This document shows positions 1-11,649 of a stretch of DNA of 64,000 nt, in pieces. The number at the start of each line of letters is the position of its first letter. Positions within the stretch are counted from its first letter, which is position 1. Location: the NCBI RefSeq assembly GCF_009914755.1, contig NC_060944.1; one strand, written 5' to 3'. The stretch is from the human T2T-CHM13v2.0 reference genome, Homo sapiens. Both the position numbers and the translations under genes were made by a program. Below the pieces are notes generated by a model, which worked only from the letters and a program-made list of their open reading frames with translations, was not told the DNA's origin and did not search any database.

Positions 1-149
1 AGTGATATACATTGACTAATAGTTTTTTCTATCTCCTTCTTACTATTAATATTCATACTTTTTGCTACAAAAATATCAACATGCTTGATTTAAGGGTGCT
101 ACCACAGCCTCTGCTGAGGGATGTTATTAATAAATATGGTACATTTACT

Positions 150-235
150 ATATTGCTTTCCTTTAAAAGTTAAATAAATCTAAATCCGAGCACATTTGGC
201 CCCAAGGACTGCAGACAAGAAATTGAGAACCTGTT
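150..235. mobile_element. TcMar-Tigger MITE terminus (MER46C-like)
   Basis: 'aaatccgagcacatttggccccaaggactgcagacaagaaattgagaacctg' resembles the recalled MER46C terminal inverted repeat region; highly diverged. Confidence 0.3.
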
Positions 236-237
236 AA

Positions 238-375
238 ACCCATTATATGGATGAGGAAACAGGCTCAGAAAAGGTAGGAAACTTTCCTGAGGTTACAGAG
301 CTCAAAAGCAGCAGATGAAGGTTTACATCTAGGCAGCCTTGCTCCAGAGCTGGCCCGGTTAATCAGTGGGCTTTG
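238..375 (-). mobile_element. MIR SINE
   Basis: Antisense MIR core 'cccattatatggatgaggaaacaggctcagaaaaggt...ggttacagagct'. Confidence 0.8.
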
Positions 376-723
376 CTACCTTTGACAAATGCCCCTGCTA
401 GCTGGTCTCAGCCCCATCCTCCCAGCGCAGCAGTTCAGTCCCTGTTTGTTCTTGAGCAAGAAGTAAGCATGTGCCTTCTTAGTCGAGGTACAAGGCAATC
501 CCCAGGGTATCCGGATCATAATTACAATGCTTTATTAATATAAATCTCAGGATATAGACCTGTGTTTCAAATCAAGAGTCAAACACAACAATAACATCAG
601 TCTTAGGTAACTACCAGTCAAGGATTCGGATCCAGACTTGCGCTTTTACAATGAGAAGCAAACAAAGACGACTATTAATTGGCTGATGGTCAGCCAGTAT
701 CAAATTATCACATTTTCTCACAC

Positions 724-925
724 TACAGTGGTTATACAGACCCTGGAGCTAGACAGGTTGTGCTGAAATCCTGGGTCAGCCACTTAATAGTTATGCGACC
801 TTGACAAGTTGCATAACCTCTCTGTGCCTCAGTTCCCTTATATAGAACATGGGGGTAATGCTAGCACCCCCCTCACCAGTCGTCATGAGGATTAAATGAG
901 ATTGTATTTAAAGCATTTGGAATAT
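724..925 (+). mobile_element. MIR SINE
   Basis: MIR core 'gaccttgacaagttgcataacctctctgtgcctcagttccc...gaggattaaatgag'. Confidence 0.9.
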
Positions 926-1032
926 AGCAAGTCCAATCTTAGCCTCTGCTCCCAGACAGACAGATGATTAGGATGGATAAATAGATGCTTTGCTTCACAT
1001 TTTAACTTCTCTGAAATTGGGGCTCTTCTTAC

Positions 1033-1281
1033 CATTGATGTGTACTTATAATGTTTATATTGTTATTCTCAGAAAGCTGCAGCTTAACTAATGGTGCTTC
1101 TTTTTCTTTATTGCATCTTAGATACGTGGTAATATGGTAAAATACTTTGGAGGAACTGGATGTATTTTTCCTCTGGTCTCCAGAGAAGAAACTGAGACGA
1201 CAGCAAGTCACAGATTCAAGCTGTGTTCATAATGTGTTTCCACGTGGAGGTCACACTTTCATGTTCATGGGCAGATGAATT
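1033..1281 (-). other. Candidate non-coding or 5'-UTR exon
   Basis: Repeat-free. Minus-strand donor ATG|GTAAGA at 1033/1032. Possible acceptors at 1281 (ggtgttag|) or 1191 (gtcgtctcag|). No transcript evidence available. Confidence 0.3.
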
Positions 1282-1704
1282 CTAACACCAAACACCAGGC
1301 TGAATAGGTGTTCCCATTGCAAGAGAAGTGCTGTGCACAATTTTTATTTGCATTTCAAAACCCTAACAAATGGCCACAATCAACTACTACAAATTTCTCC
1401 TAATTAGTTTTAGTCTGCACTTCTGTCACCTTTAGGAGAGAGCCAAAGATTTTAACCTTCAAAATTATCAGCAATGCATGTCAGAAAGCATTTCAAAGAA
1501 GAGTCAAAGTGCATGTAGAAACTAATTGCTGTATCTGAAAGTGCTGTTTGAAGAATTTTTCAGTCTTCAGAGAAGCAAGTTCCCCACCCCTTGGGAAAAC
1601 TAGTCTTCAAACTAAAAGTTTCCCCAAATCATATACCTGAGAAAAATGTTAAAACAGACTTACCCAAAAAGGCAAAGAAATAAAACTGTAAGAATAAATA
1701 AATC

Positions 1705-2000
1705 AGAAATCAGATGTCTCTCCCCTGTTTAAAATCCTCCAACAGCTTCCTACTTTACTTGGAATAAAACGCAATTCCTTTACCATCACCTTCCAGGCCT
1801 CATGTGGTCTGTCCCCCACCCATTTCTTCCATTTTTTTTTCATTCTGTGTTCCCCTTCACAAACTGCTCCAAACATACCAGTCTTTGTTGTTGTTTGCTT
1901 CAAACACATCAAGTATATTCTCGCTTCAACTACTTTGCTCTTGGTATTCCTCCTTCCTAGAAAGATTCCCTAAATATTCCCCAACTCCCCTACCCACGGA
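1705..2000 (+). mobile_element. L2 LINE fragment
   Basis: 'tcagatgtctctcccctgtttaaaatcctccaacagcttcc...ggaataaaacgcaattcctttacc' matches the L2 3' region. Confidence 0.75.
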
Positions 2001-2675
2001 TACCAGGCTCCGTTGCACAGGATCGCCAACACACAAGGTGACTTAGACCCGAGGTAACTTTTTCTGATTCACACAAAAGAACCATATGGGCTAGAGCAGT
2101 CCTGCTTACCTACAATGATTCATTCATTTCTAGAACAAATGTTAATTGAGCACCTACTATGAGGTAAGCACTGTTCTGGGCACTGGAATTATAGCCTTGA
2201 ACAGACAGACAAGGCCTTTGCCTTTTGGAAGCTCACATACTAGTAGGCTGAGGCACACAATGGATGACAATTTAACAATAAGCGAATAAGCAAAATATCA
2301 GAAAGTAGCCAGAGTGCACAGACAACCTGACGTGGTTATATGACAGTGACTGAATGGTAGGTAGTCAAAGAAGGCCTCCTAGAGGTGGTGATACTTGTCG
2401 TGAAATCTAAATGGCAACAAGGAATCATCATGGAATGCCATGCCTCCCCTCCCCAACCCCATTTGTTTGTTTGGGGAGGGGAGGCACGGCATTCCATGCA
2501 GAGGAAACCCAAGGTGTGAACTTTCACAAAGGCCCCAAGTAGTGCACAATCAATTTGTTTTAGAAACAAGAAGTTGGAAAGTAATGGCTAGAGAAGAGAA
2601 AGTCAAAGATAAGGCCAGACAGGTGGGAAGGAGCCAGGTGATGTGGGGCTCTACAAGTCAGAATAAAGAATTTGA

Positions 2676-3003
2676 AGCTGGGTGTGGTGGCTCATGCCTG
2701 TAATGCCAACACTTAGGGAGGCCGAGGTGAGCAGATAACTTGAGGTAAGGAGTTCGAGACCTGCCTGGCCAACATGATGAAACCCCGTCTCTACCAAAAA
2801 TACAAAAATTAGCTGCTTGTGATGGTGCACACCTGTAGATCCCAGCTACTCAGGAGGCTGAGGCATGAGAATCACTTGAACCCAGCAGGCGGAGGTTGCA
2901 GTGAGTTGAGATCACGGATCGTGTCCCTGCACTCCAGCCTGGGCAACAGAATGAGACTCCGTCTCAAAAAGCAAAAAAAAAAAAAAAAAAAAAAAGGAAG
3001 AAG
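2676..3003 (+). mobile_element. AluS, full length
   Basis: Dimeric Alu with A tail; TSD AAGAATTTGA at 2666-2675 and 3004-3013. Confidence 0.97.
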
Positions 3004-3103
3004 AAGAATTTGAGCTTTATTCTAAAGTGAGCTATGAAAATATTTGAGGTTTTAAGCAGGGAGGTCCATGAGCTGGCGTCTATTTTGGAAAGATCACTCT
3101 AAC

Positions 3104-3305
3104 TCAGGGTTGTCAAAAATAACTTTCTGCAATGAAGTCCTATATCCACATTGTCAGGTGCAGTAGCCACTAGCCATGTGTGGCTACTGAGTACCTAAAA
3201 TTTGACTGGTGTGACCCAGAAACTGGATATTTAATTTTATTCTATTTTAATTAATTTTCATTTAAATATTCACATGTGGCTGGTGGCTACTCTATTGATC
3301 AGCAC
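3104..3305 (+). mobile_element. MER3 (hAT-Charlie MITE)
   Basis: 'gtagccactagccatgtgtggctactgag...cacatgtggctggtggctac' internal inverted structure. Confidence 0.85.
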
Positions 3306-3639
3306 ACCTGAACAGCTGCATGAAGAATACATGAAGGGTGTGGGGAAAGATGAGAGTACAAGCAGGAAGATTAATCAGGAGGCTACCACAGTGGTCCAGG
3401 GGAGAGATGGTAGCTGCAAGCAGAGATGGAGAGAAGAATACCTTTCAGGGTGGAGCCAAGAGTGTGAGAGGGAGAAAGGAAGAATGAGGAATCGTGGATA
3501 CCACCTAGATTTGTGGTTTCAGAACCAAATGGATGGTGGTGCCATTTTGATCTGGGAAAGACTGAGGAAGTAGTACGTTTTGGGGAGGAAAAAAAACCTT
3601 GAAAATAACCAGCTCCTCCCCAAGTCTTCATGTGGCAGC

Positions 3640-3955
3640 TTCCCTCTTAACTTTTGGACCTAAAATGTCAGCTCAAATGTCACCTCCCCAGAGGAACTGT
3701 TGCAATCTCCACCCCACTTCTTTATCCCATCCTCTCTCTCTCTCTGTGTGTGTTTGTGTGTGTGTGTGTGCATCATATTGCTCCATTGTTCTCCTCCCTG
3801 TAGATTATCTGCAATTATTTAATCACGAATGCATTGCCTCTCTCTTCTCCAAACTGTAAACTCTCTGTGCAGCGACCTCAGCCCCTTTTCCCACAGTGGT
3901 CCCACCTACCTGGAACAGTATCTGGCACATAGCAGGTACTTAAATATGAATTATT
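3640..3955 (+). mobile_element. L2 LINE 3' end containing a (CT)n(GT)n tract
   Basis: 'tcagctcaaatgtcacctcc' and terminal 'gaacagtatctggcacatagcaggtactt'. Confidence 0.75.
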
Positions 3956-4755
3956 AAACAAACAGGAATAATTATCTTGCCAAACAAAACACGGCTAAAG
4001 CCTCAAAGAGTATGTTTCTGGTTTGAATTTCAGACAACATAAAATAGAAGAAGACAAAGTATGCTCACACACCTGCTCAAATAATTGTTGGGATATAACT
4101 GGGAAATAATTAATTGGGATACATTTTGTTTGGGGTTATTTTACCAGTACTCCATTTATTCAGAAAACTGAGTATAGTTTCCAGGTAATGAGCCACCTCA
4201 TCTGACAGATGCAGAAGAGAGATGCTAATCAGGACGGTGATTCCTAGCACTACAGTCCCATTTCTCTCCCAGAGTATTTGGGGAGACAGCTGAGAGTGTG
4301 TAGAATGAAAGCAGGGTAATCCCAGGCTGCCATTTTTGAAAGTTCAGAGTGTCCTTAAGAGCCACTTGCCCTTAGTTAAGCACACCACCATCACCCACCC
4401 ATATCCCGCCAACCAGCAGCAGATGCTACCCCAGCTGAACAGGTGTACGTGGCTCAATGCAATGAGAAGGGACTTTGCAATTAAACAGATAATAATTTGA
4501 ATTCAGTTTTAAGGTCTTGAGAAAATTGCATAGCTTCTCTGATCACCATTCCCCATCTGAACTCCCCAACAACCAAAACCTCTAGATATTTTCTTGCCAA
4601 CTACAGCTAAGCCACATCACCCCCAAATTTTTAAGCCCCAGAGTACATCTTTGCATTTACTTGCTTCAGCAAGTTAAGCAGGAGTTTCACTCAACTTTGT
4701 CATTATTTTTCCCACTCTCCTCTCCAACTTCATTCTCTCTGTAAACGCATCATAC

Positions 4756-4982
4756 CTCAGTGCACGCGCGCACACACACACACACACATAATCATACAAT
4801 TCCACACCCACAGACACACACAGAGCTTCTCTGCAGCTTCTTTCACTCTACACTGACTCACAGTCGTGAGAACACATTTCCTTTTCCTCTTCACAGGCTC
4901 CTGAAATGAGATCATATCTGCTAAAAGCAATCGCAAGTGCTGGGTGAACAACTCCAGAAAATTAGTACAAGTTCCACTACGG
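4756..4982 (-). other. Candidate non-coding exon
   Basis: Minus-strand acceptor 'atttttcctcttctctgtctctag|' at 4982 (alternative 'ctcatttcag|' at 4900) and donor GAG|GTATGA at 4756, inside a ~1.4-kb repeat-free block. Confidence 0.35.
4761..4790. repeat. Alternating purine-pyrimidine (CG)n(CA)n tract, Z-DNA prone
   Basis: tgcacgcgcgcacacacacacacacacata. Confidence 0.8.
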
Positions 4983-5494
4983 CTAGAGACAGAGAAGAGG
5001 AAAAATCTGTTCAATTTTGACTGTATTCGCATTACCCACAAAAGGAAACATACTTCTTATTTCTTCCACTTATCCCAATCCTTAACAAAAATTAAAACAA
5101 AAGCTATAAGCTATTTCCAGCACTACCCCCAATGGTCATTTTTAATTTGTCATCAGCATTCGTTCCAAATCAGAAATGTACCAGTCACTTCACTTTTTGA
5201 GTATGATTTCTCATCAGTGCTGCTGCATCATCTCTATTTCCAAGGAAGCTAAAGACAACATAACGTTTTAAAAAATAACTAGAATGCATTATAGATTTAA
5301 CCATGAGTCATCACAGACATTGAATAAAAGTATAACTCTGCCTCCGTGAGCCTGACATATAGACATTCTGAACAAGGAAATAATCTGTGGAATATCTGAT
5401 ATAGACACAAAGGACAAGAGATTAAAAAAAATCAGATGTGAAAAAAATGTTGTTTTCCATTGCTTTGAAAATAATTGAAATGAAAAACTATCTA

Positions 5495-5790
5495 ATATCC
5501 ACTCAATGGAATATCATGCAGCCACTCAAAGCTATTTTTACAAAGAGTTTTTAATAACATGAGAGAAGTGCATATGCTATGGTTACATGGAAAAAAAGGC
5601 AAGACACATGATAATATTTACAGCATGATTTCAATTATATGAAAATGCACCAACAACCCTAAAAGGAAACACAAAAAAATACCACCGATGATTATCTTTG
5701 GGTAGTCAAAAAAATGTATGGATTCTTATTTTTGTAATCCATTTTCCTATATTTTCCAGACTTTATGGATAGGTACTTTTTTATATAAAA
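5495..5790 (+). mobile_element. Old L1 (L1ME-like) 3' fragment
   Basis: 'tatccactcaatggaatatcatgcagccact' L1M 3' motif. Confidence 0.65.
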
Positions 5791-6094
5791 ACCTTTCATT
5801 TGGCAAATTTTTATTTTAAAAAATCATCTAAACTTTGTAAACTTCTTTTATTTTGTGAAAATATTTTCTGCAAAAGCTTCTGTCTTAAACTGCCTTCATA
5901 GTATTGTGACGATGCTTGAGGAAACAAGACAGAATTCTCACTACGCCTATACCCACTACCAATTTCCAAGCGGGGGCAGCTAAGGTTCCAGCCAACACTA
6001 CTTTTCTGGAGGCTATAGATGGGTGGGAAATCTGGCAGTCTAGCCGTTACGTAGAAATCCCAAGGCAATCAGCAAAGAAGGCTAAAACATTAAA

Positions 6095-6198
6095 ACCACC
6101 ATGGCACACGTATGCCTATGTAACAAACCTGCATGTTCTGCACATGTATGCCCCGTTTTGGGGAAGAAATAAAAATTAAATTAAAAATTAAAAAAAAC
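6095..6198 (+). mobile_element. Very short L1PA 3' end with A-rich tail
   Basis: 'accaccatggcacacgtatgcctatgtaacaaacctgcatgttctgcacatgtat' is the primate L1 3' terminus. Confidence 0.9.
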
Positions 6199-6269
6199 TA
6201 TCAGTCCAACTTACCCCCCCACCAAAAAAAAAAAAGAGAGAACATCTTAGATAGGGTCATGAAGCACTC

Positions 6270-6470
6270 GATCTTCTCACATGCATTCTCTCCTCCTTTA
6301 CACATGAAATCCCTGCAAGGCCAGCGTTATCATGCCCATTTGACAGATAAGAAAATGAATGTATACAGAGAGGAGGAACCTTGCTCAAGGTCACAAATCA
6401 GTCTCCTGTCAACATCTGGAAGCAAATCCATGTCTGTGATGCTAATGATCAGGATCTTTGCATTATACCA
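6270..6470 (-). mobile_element. MIR SINE
   Basis: 'cccatttgacagataagaaaatga...ccttgctcaaggtcaca'. Confidence 0.8.
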
Positions 6471-6687
6471 TATGGCAGCTTTCATCTGGACTACAATAAT
6501 TGAGAAAACTGTATCAGATACAGGGAGCCCTGCATATCATCATCATCAGGAAAGACCTGCACTGGGCCTCCTGCCAAAGGATACCTAACTGTATAAGTTT
6601 AATGAATACAGGCAACCAAATTCCCACCTTATCCCTTAAAATCCTAGAAAGAACACAGAGTTGAAATTAATTGTATTTAAAGTATAG

Positions 6688-7003
<316 letters not shown>

Positions 7004-7489
7004 TGTTTATTATTATGGAATACTATATCCTAAACATGGGATTACTACATCAAAATACAGGAAGATGCTTAAAGGCTCTTGATATTTCTTTTCAAATTTT
7101 CCTAATAAAAGTTTATGTGAGTTTATATGTCCATAAACATGGTATACAAATAACCATTTAGTTACATCTTTGCCACCTCTGGGAACTGCAATTTTAGAAA
7201 ACTGTCAAACTGACAAAACAAAGAGGGAAGAAATGGAAGACTTCCTATGTCAGCTTTTGAAGAGGTCATGTATGACATAATCTGAATATCCCATTCAAAT
7301 TTTTAACCACAGCACTGCCGAAGCCAGCCAGCCAGCCTGACTTAGCCCTCTTATGGGAAAATGTAGCAAGTGGTTCTGTGGTTAAAACAAGCACAGACTC
7401 ATAGGAGAATTCAAAAACCAATGAAGACCCTGGGTTCCAAATCCAAAATGCCAGACAGATGAAAGGAGAGAATGGAGGATCTAGCATTA

Positions 7490-7695
7490 TATTTACTGAT
7501 GGTCTATTTGGTACCACATTCTTTCCTATGTTCTAAATTAGCCCTTAGAATAATCTTGTGAAGACCTACATTTGCTCCCATTTTATAGACAAAAAGAGTC
7601 AAGATTCAAAAACGTCAACAAGGGCACCCAGCTAGTAAATGCAAAGCTCAAATTTAAACTCAGACTCTTCCACCCAAAACTTTTTGATTCTTTAC
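7490..7695 (-). mobile_element. MIR SINE
   Basis: 'ctcccattttatagac...aagggcacccagctagtaaatg'. Confidence 0.7.
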
Positions 7696-8206
7696 CCTTA
7701 TGTTTTGGTTTTAATATTTTATTTTCATATCACTTATTACACTTTCCAATTTTAAAAGAAATACTTGTTTATTATAATAAATATGTAAAGTAGTTTGGAA
7801 GATTCTCTAAAGAAAAAAATCAAGAATTGTTCATAATCTACCACCCAGAGACAAGAACTGTTAATACTTTGTTTCATTTTCTTCCATTTATTTATGTTTA
7901 CATATAATTTAAATAAAATCAGTACTAGATTGTATATAAAGGCTAGTTTGCTAATTTTTAAACTAAATAGAGTGTGACTTTTGACAGGGCATTTAGTATT
8001 ACTTGTAATTATCATTTTTTACATCTGCAGATAATTATATCAAATGAAAGCCACATAATTATTTTAGCTACTCTCTATTGCTGAACATTTAAAATTGTTT
8101 TCCTCAGTTTTCTATCTCAATCTTGTGATAAAATCCTTTTATATTACCTTTTATGTGCATCTCTAATTGTTTCCCTAAACTAATAAATTCGTGGGAATGG
8201 AATTAT

Positions 8207-8695
8207 AATAGTCCTCCCTTATCCACAGGAACTATGTTCCAAGATCTCCAGTGGATGCCTGGTGCATTGGATAGTACCCAACCTTATACATACTACATTT
8301 TGTCCTAAACAAGATCTCCAGTGGATGCCTGGTGCATTGGATAGTACCCAACCTTATACATACTACGTTTTGTCCTAAACAAGATCTCCAGTGGATGCCT
8401 GGTGCATTGGATAGTACCCAACCTTATACATACTACGTTTTGTCCTGAACATACATATTAATATCTATGTTAAAGTTTAACTTATAAATTAGACACAGTA
8501 AGAGATTAATAACTAATAATAAAGTAGAATAATTATAATGATATTCTGTAATCAAAGTATGTGAATGTGATCTTTCTCTTTATCTCTCTTTCTCAAAGTA
8601 TCTTATTGTTCTGTACCCACCTATTTTCAGACCACAGGTGAATTCGGGTAACTGAAACCACAGAAAGCAAAACTGAGAAAAGTGAGAGAATACAG
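8207..8695 (-). mobile_element. MER44A (Tigger7-derived MITE) with internal triplication
   Basis: Terminal 'tagtcctcccttatccacagg' and 'gggtaactgaaaccacagaaagcaaaac'; internal 'aaagtttaacttataaattagacacagtaagagattaa'. Confidence 0.85.
8241..8450. repeat. Tandem repeat, 3 x 70 bp
   Basis: Units start at 8241, 8311 and 8381; only two variable positions among the three copies. Confidence 0.98.
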
Positions 8696-8810
8696 GGTCA
8701 AAGAGTATGCACATTTTAAGGTTCTAAAACTATATACTAAACTGCTCTCCAGAAAGATTGCAAGAATTTATATCCTCTAGATGAACATATCACTTTATCA
8801 CCACCAATAC

Positions 8811-9366
8811 TGTCAGAGGCATTTGATCCAGAGCAACTCCATCTTGAGCAGTGGCTGGGTAAAATGAGGCTGAGACCTACTGGCCTGCATTCCCAGACGG
8901 TTAAGGCAGTCTAAGTTACAGGATGAGATAGGAGGTCGGCACAAGATACAGGTCATAAAGACCATCCTGATAAAACAGGTTGCAGTAAAGAAGCCCGCTA
9001 AATCCCACCAAAACAAAGATGGCCACGAGAGTGACCTCTGGTCATCCTCACTGCTACACTCCCGCCAGCGCCATGACAGTTTACGAATGCCATGGCAACG
9101 TCAGGAAGTTACCCTATATGGTCTAAAAGGGGAAGGCATTAATAATCTATCCCTTGTTCAGCATATCATCAAGAAATAACCATAAAAACGAGCAACCAGC
9201 AGCCCTTCGGCTGCTCTGTCTATGGAGTAGCCGTTCTTTTGTTACCTCAGTTTCCTAACAGACTTGCTTTCTCTTTACTCTAGGAACTCACCCTGAATTC
9301 TTTCTTGCACGAGATCAAAGAACCCTCTCTTGGAGTCTGGACCAGGACCCCTTTCCTGAAATAACA
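8811..9366 (+). mobile_element. MER41A solo LTR (ERV1)
   Basis: TG...CA, 556 bp; begins 'tgtcagaggcatttgatccagagcaactccatcttg'; lacks the GAS-bearing segment of MER41B. Confidence 0.9.
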
Positions 9367-10567
9367 CTATTGTTTAAATTGTTGTCAACGTAAATCGAGA
9401 AAAAATGGTACCTTTATTCTTTTTAAATTTATATTTCAGCAACTAAAAGGAAAGCTAATTTTTTTTCAGATTTTTATTGACTATGGCAATTTTTCTTACA
9501 TGAGTTGTAAGAAAAACAACTCATTTTTCTGTCAAGACACCTTTTTGTTGCTTATTAGTGTTCTTTATATATCAAGGATAGTTAGCCATTGTGAATCATA
9601 TTTGCTGTAAATATTTCCCTCAAGTTGTTCTTTACCTTTTTTGTAATTGTATTTTTACTTACAAATGTTTATGAATTTTACACAACTAACTCCATTATCC
9701 TTTCTCATCATTTGTTTCTTGGTTTTTACACTTGGAAAGCCCTTGCTCCCCGTAAAATCAAATACACATTCACCTATATTTTTGTAGACTTTGTTCTTTC
9801 TACTGCACGCTGTGCTGATTCTTATTTCAGACGGGTGAAATGTCAAACAACTGAAATATCCTTAAGGTTTGAAAAAAAAAGGAGAAGTAAATCTATCTGA
9901 GAGGACACATTCACTGGCAGATAAATTATGGATGATCCTGCCCCCTTTGTAATCTCAGGGATGACAACTCCAGTGTGCACCAAAAACCCTTAGAAAAATT
10001 CTAAATCCCCTTATCCTAGGTCTCCAGTCTGGGCCTTATGGGAACCCTAAAGCTGTGATTCTCCCCAGGGAGTATAAAACTTTGGTCTAAAGGTGAATAA
10101 CTGTAGAGTCAGGTAGGTTTTGTCCCAAAATCTCAAATCACCCAGGTATTCCCAGAACGTCTATCCTGTGTCCAGCCCCAAATCTCAGCCAGAGAACCCA
10201 GGGAGCACACAGGCATGCCTGGAGGGGTCTTTTTGAGATTCCAGAAGCCGGAGAGCATGCAAGTATGCCGGCCGGGAAGGGGGGGTGGGGGGGGGTCTTC
10301 CTGAGAGAAAGCAATTAAAATTCACATCACAAAAGGAATGAGGCTTTTTTTATTCTAAACTGCAAAACGTGGTGTGGTTAATCAGAGCAATTATAAATGG
10401 TAACATCATTATTCAAGCTTCTATTTCCAAACGAAGTCATTTAAATGAATACATTTTCTGCCTTGGAGCAGTAGCTGCCAGTGAGCCTTTAAAAAGAAAA
10501 GAAAGGAGAAAAAGAAAAAAGAGAAAACCGGATGAAGCCGCTGGTGCAAAACCTTGGAAAATAGGGT

Positions 10568-10730
10568 AGAAAGAACTCAGCATTGGGAATTGGGAGCCTG
10601 GGGTACAAACATAGATCCAACACGGTCTCATTCTGTAACCTTGGGCAAGACTTCAGTTCCCACCTGTGCAACGGGGAAATAGATGAACTTGTATTCGTGA
10701 CCCCTTCTTGCTCTGACATTGTGAATCTAG
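10568..10730 (+). mobile_element. MIR3/MIRc-like SINE
   Basis: 'tgtaaccttgggcaag...cagttcccacctgtgcaacgggg...ccccttcttgctctgacatt'. Confidence 0.65.
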
Positions 10731-10914
10731 ATTTTAACCACTAAAGGTCTAATTTTTCTACATGCTGCAGCTGCAATTTTATAGAATTCATCAATGTGTT
10801 AAATACATTCTCTTATTCAAATTCGAAGACAAATTCTTCAGAAACTGCCTAAGCTGTCTCTAAATGGTGACAGACTTCCCCCCACCCTACTGCAGCCTGT
10901 ATTGTGTGTGGTCT

Positions 10915-11620
10915 TGAAGGAAGGAGCACGTGAGTGTTGAAATCAGATGGTCCTGGGGGTCAAATCTCAGCTCTGACCAAGAAAGCCTTGACATTCCTTC
11001 CCCTTGGTTTGACTAAAGTTTTAGACAGGTTTCTTCCTGATAAGCTCCTCACCTCCCTTTTGTTAGAGCGTCTACTTTAGAAAACTTGTAACTACAAATT
11101 CTTTCTCTGCTCCTTTAAAAAAATTCTGCTGGTCATTTACTAGTTTTACAACCCAAGTAATGTCTTTCTCAAGGACCTGGGAAGCAACCATTTGAAATGT
11201 GAGCATTGAAGGAGAGAGCGTCCCTATCTCCCAGTCTGCGGAAGAGTGGGAGCCCAACTTCAGTGTGCCTTTCTCCAACTTTTTAACCTCTCCTATCATG
11301 AAGATATGAGAAAGTTTACTTTTCCTTTAGTAAACTTAAGTAGCAAACACAGATGGCCTGAGAATTCCAGCTCTTAAGAATTCCTCGTCCCTTTGTTTCA
11401 GGAGAGTTAAGTCCTGTCTCGACCTGATTACAATGGTCTTGAATAATATCTTCCTTGCCTGATTAAATTTGTCAGGTGCAATTTTTACTTAGGCAGTTCC
11501 AACTGTGTAAATGTACCTCCTTCAACTTCCTTGAACTTCAGGGTCCCTATCCATGAAAAGCAAACAACAGAAAAAGTCCTTCTTTTAAGGAGTGAATGGT
11601 ATATTTCAGGGAATAAATCA
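10915..11620 (+). mobile_element. MIR split by the MER67 LTR
   Basis: MIR 5' part 'aatcagatggtcctgggggtcaaatctcagctc'; MIR-like sequence resumes after 11495. Confidence 0.5.
10974..11495 (+). mobile_element. MER67-family solo LTR (ERV1)
   Basis: TG...CA; 'tttagacaggtttcttcctga', 'tactttagaaaacttg', 'gtctttctcaaggacctggga'; 4-bp TSD gctc/gttc. Confidence 0.75.
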
Positions 11621-11649
11621 GAACATGCATGTAATCACCTGCACAGAGA

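Larger units (their letters stand above)
2118..3590 (-). mobile_element. L2 LINE 3' end, interrupted by an Alu and a MER3
   Basis: Antisense L2 terminus 'attcattcat...ttgagcacctactatg...gcactgttctgggcactgg'; L2 sequence resumes after 3004 and after 3306. Confidence 0.8.
7750..9790 (-). mobile_element. Old L1 (L1ME-like), interrupted by MER44A and MER41A
   Basis: Antisense L1M motifs 'cataatctaccacccagagac', 'gggtcaaagagtatgcacatttt', 'ttctttatatatcaaggata'. Confidence 0.7.

Noticed and set aside
1029-1211. 60-aa minus-strand ORF over the candidate exon
   Set aside because: Non-ATG start and no recognisable protein similarity.
1658-2111. Additional consensus minus-strand donors (TGG|GTAAGT at 1664; TAG|GTAAGC at 2110)
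   Set aside because: They abut L2 relics and I found no convincing paired acceptor. They show that such motifs arise by chance, which is why the exon calls have low confidence.
5966-5980. CTCF-like motif CCAAGCGGGGGCAG
   Set aside because: Three mismatches to the core consensus, including the conserved A; unsupported without ChIP data.
8241-8450. CRISPR-like regular repeat
   Set aside because: Head-to-tail copies with no unique spacers, no cas genes, eukaryotic context, and derived from MER44A.
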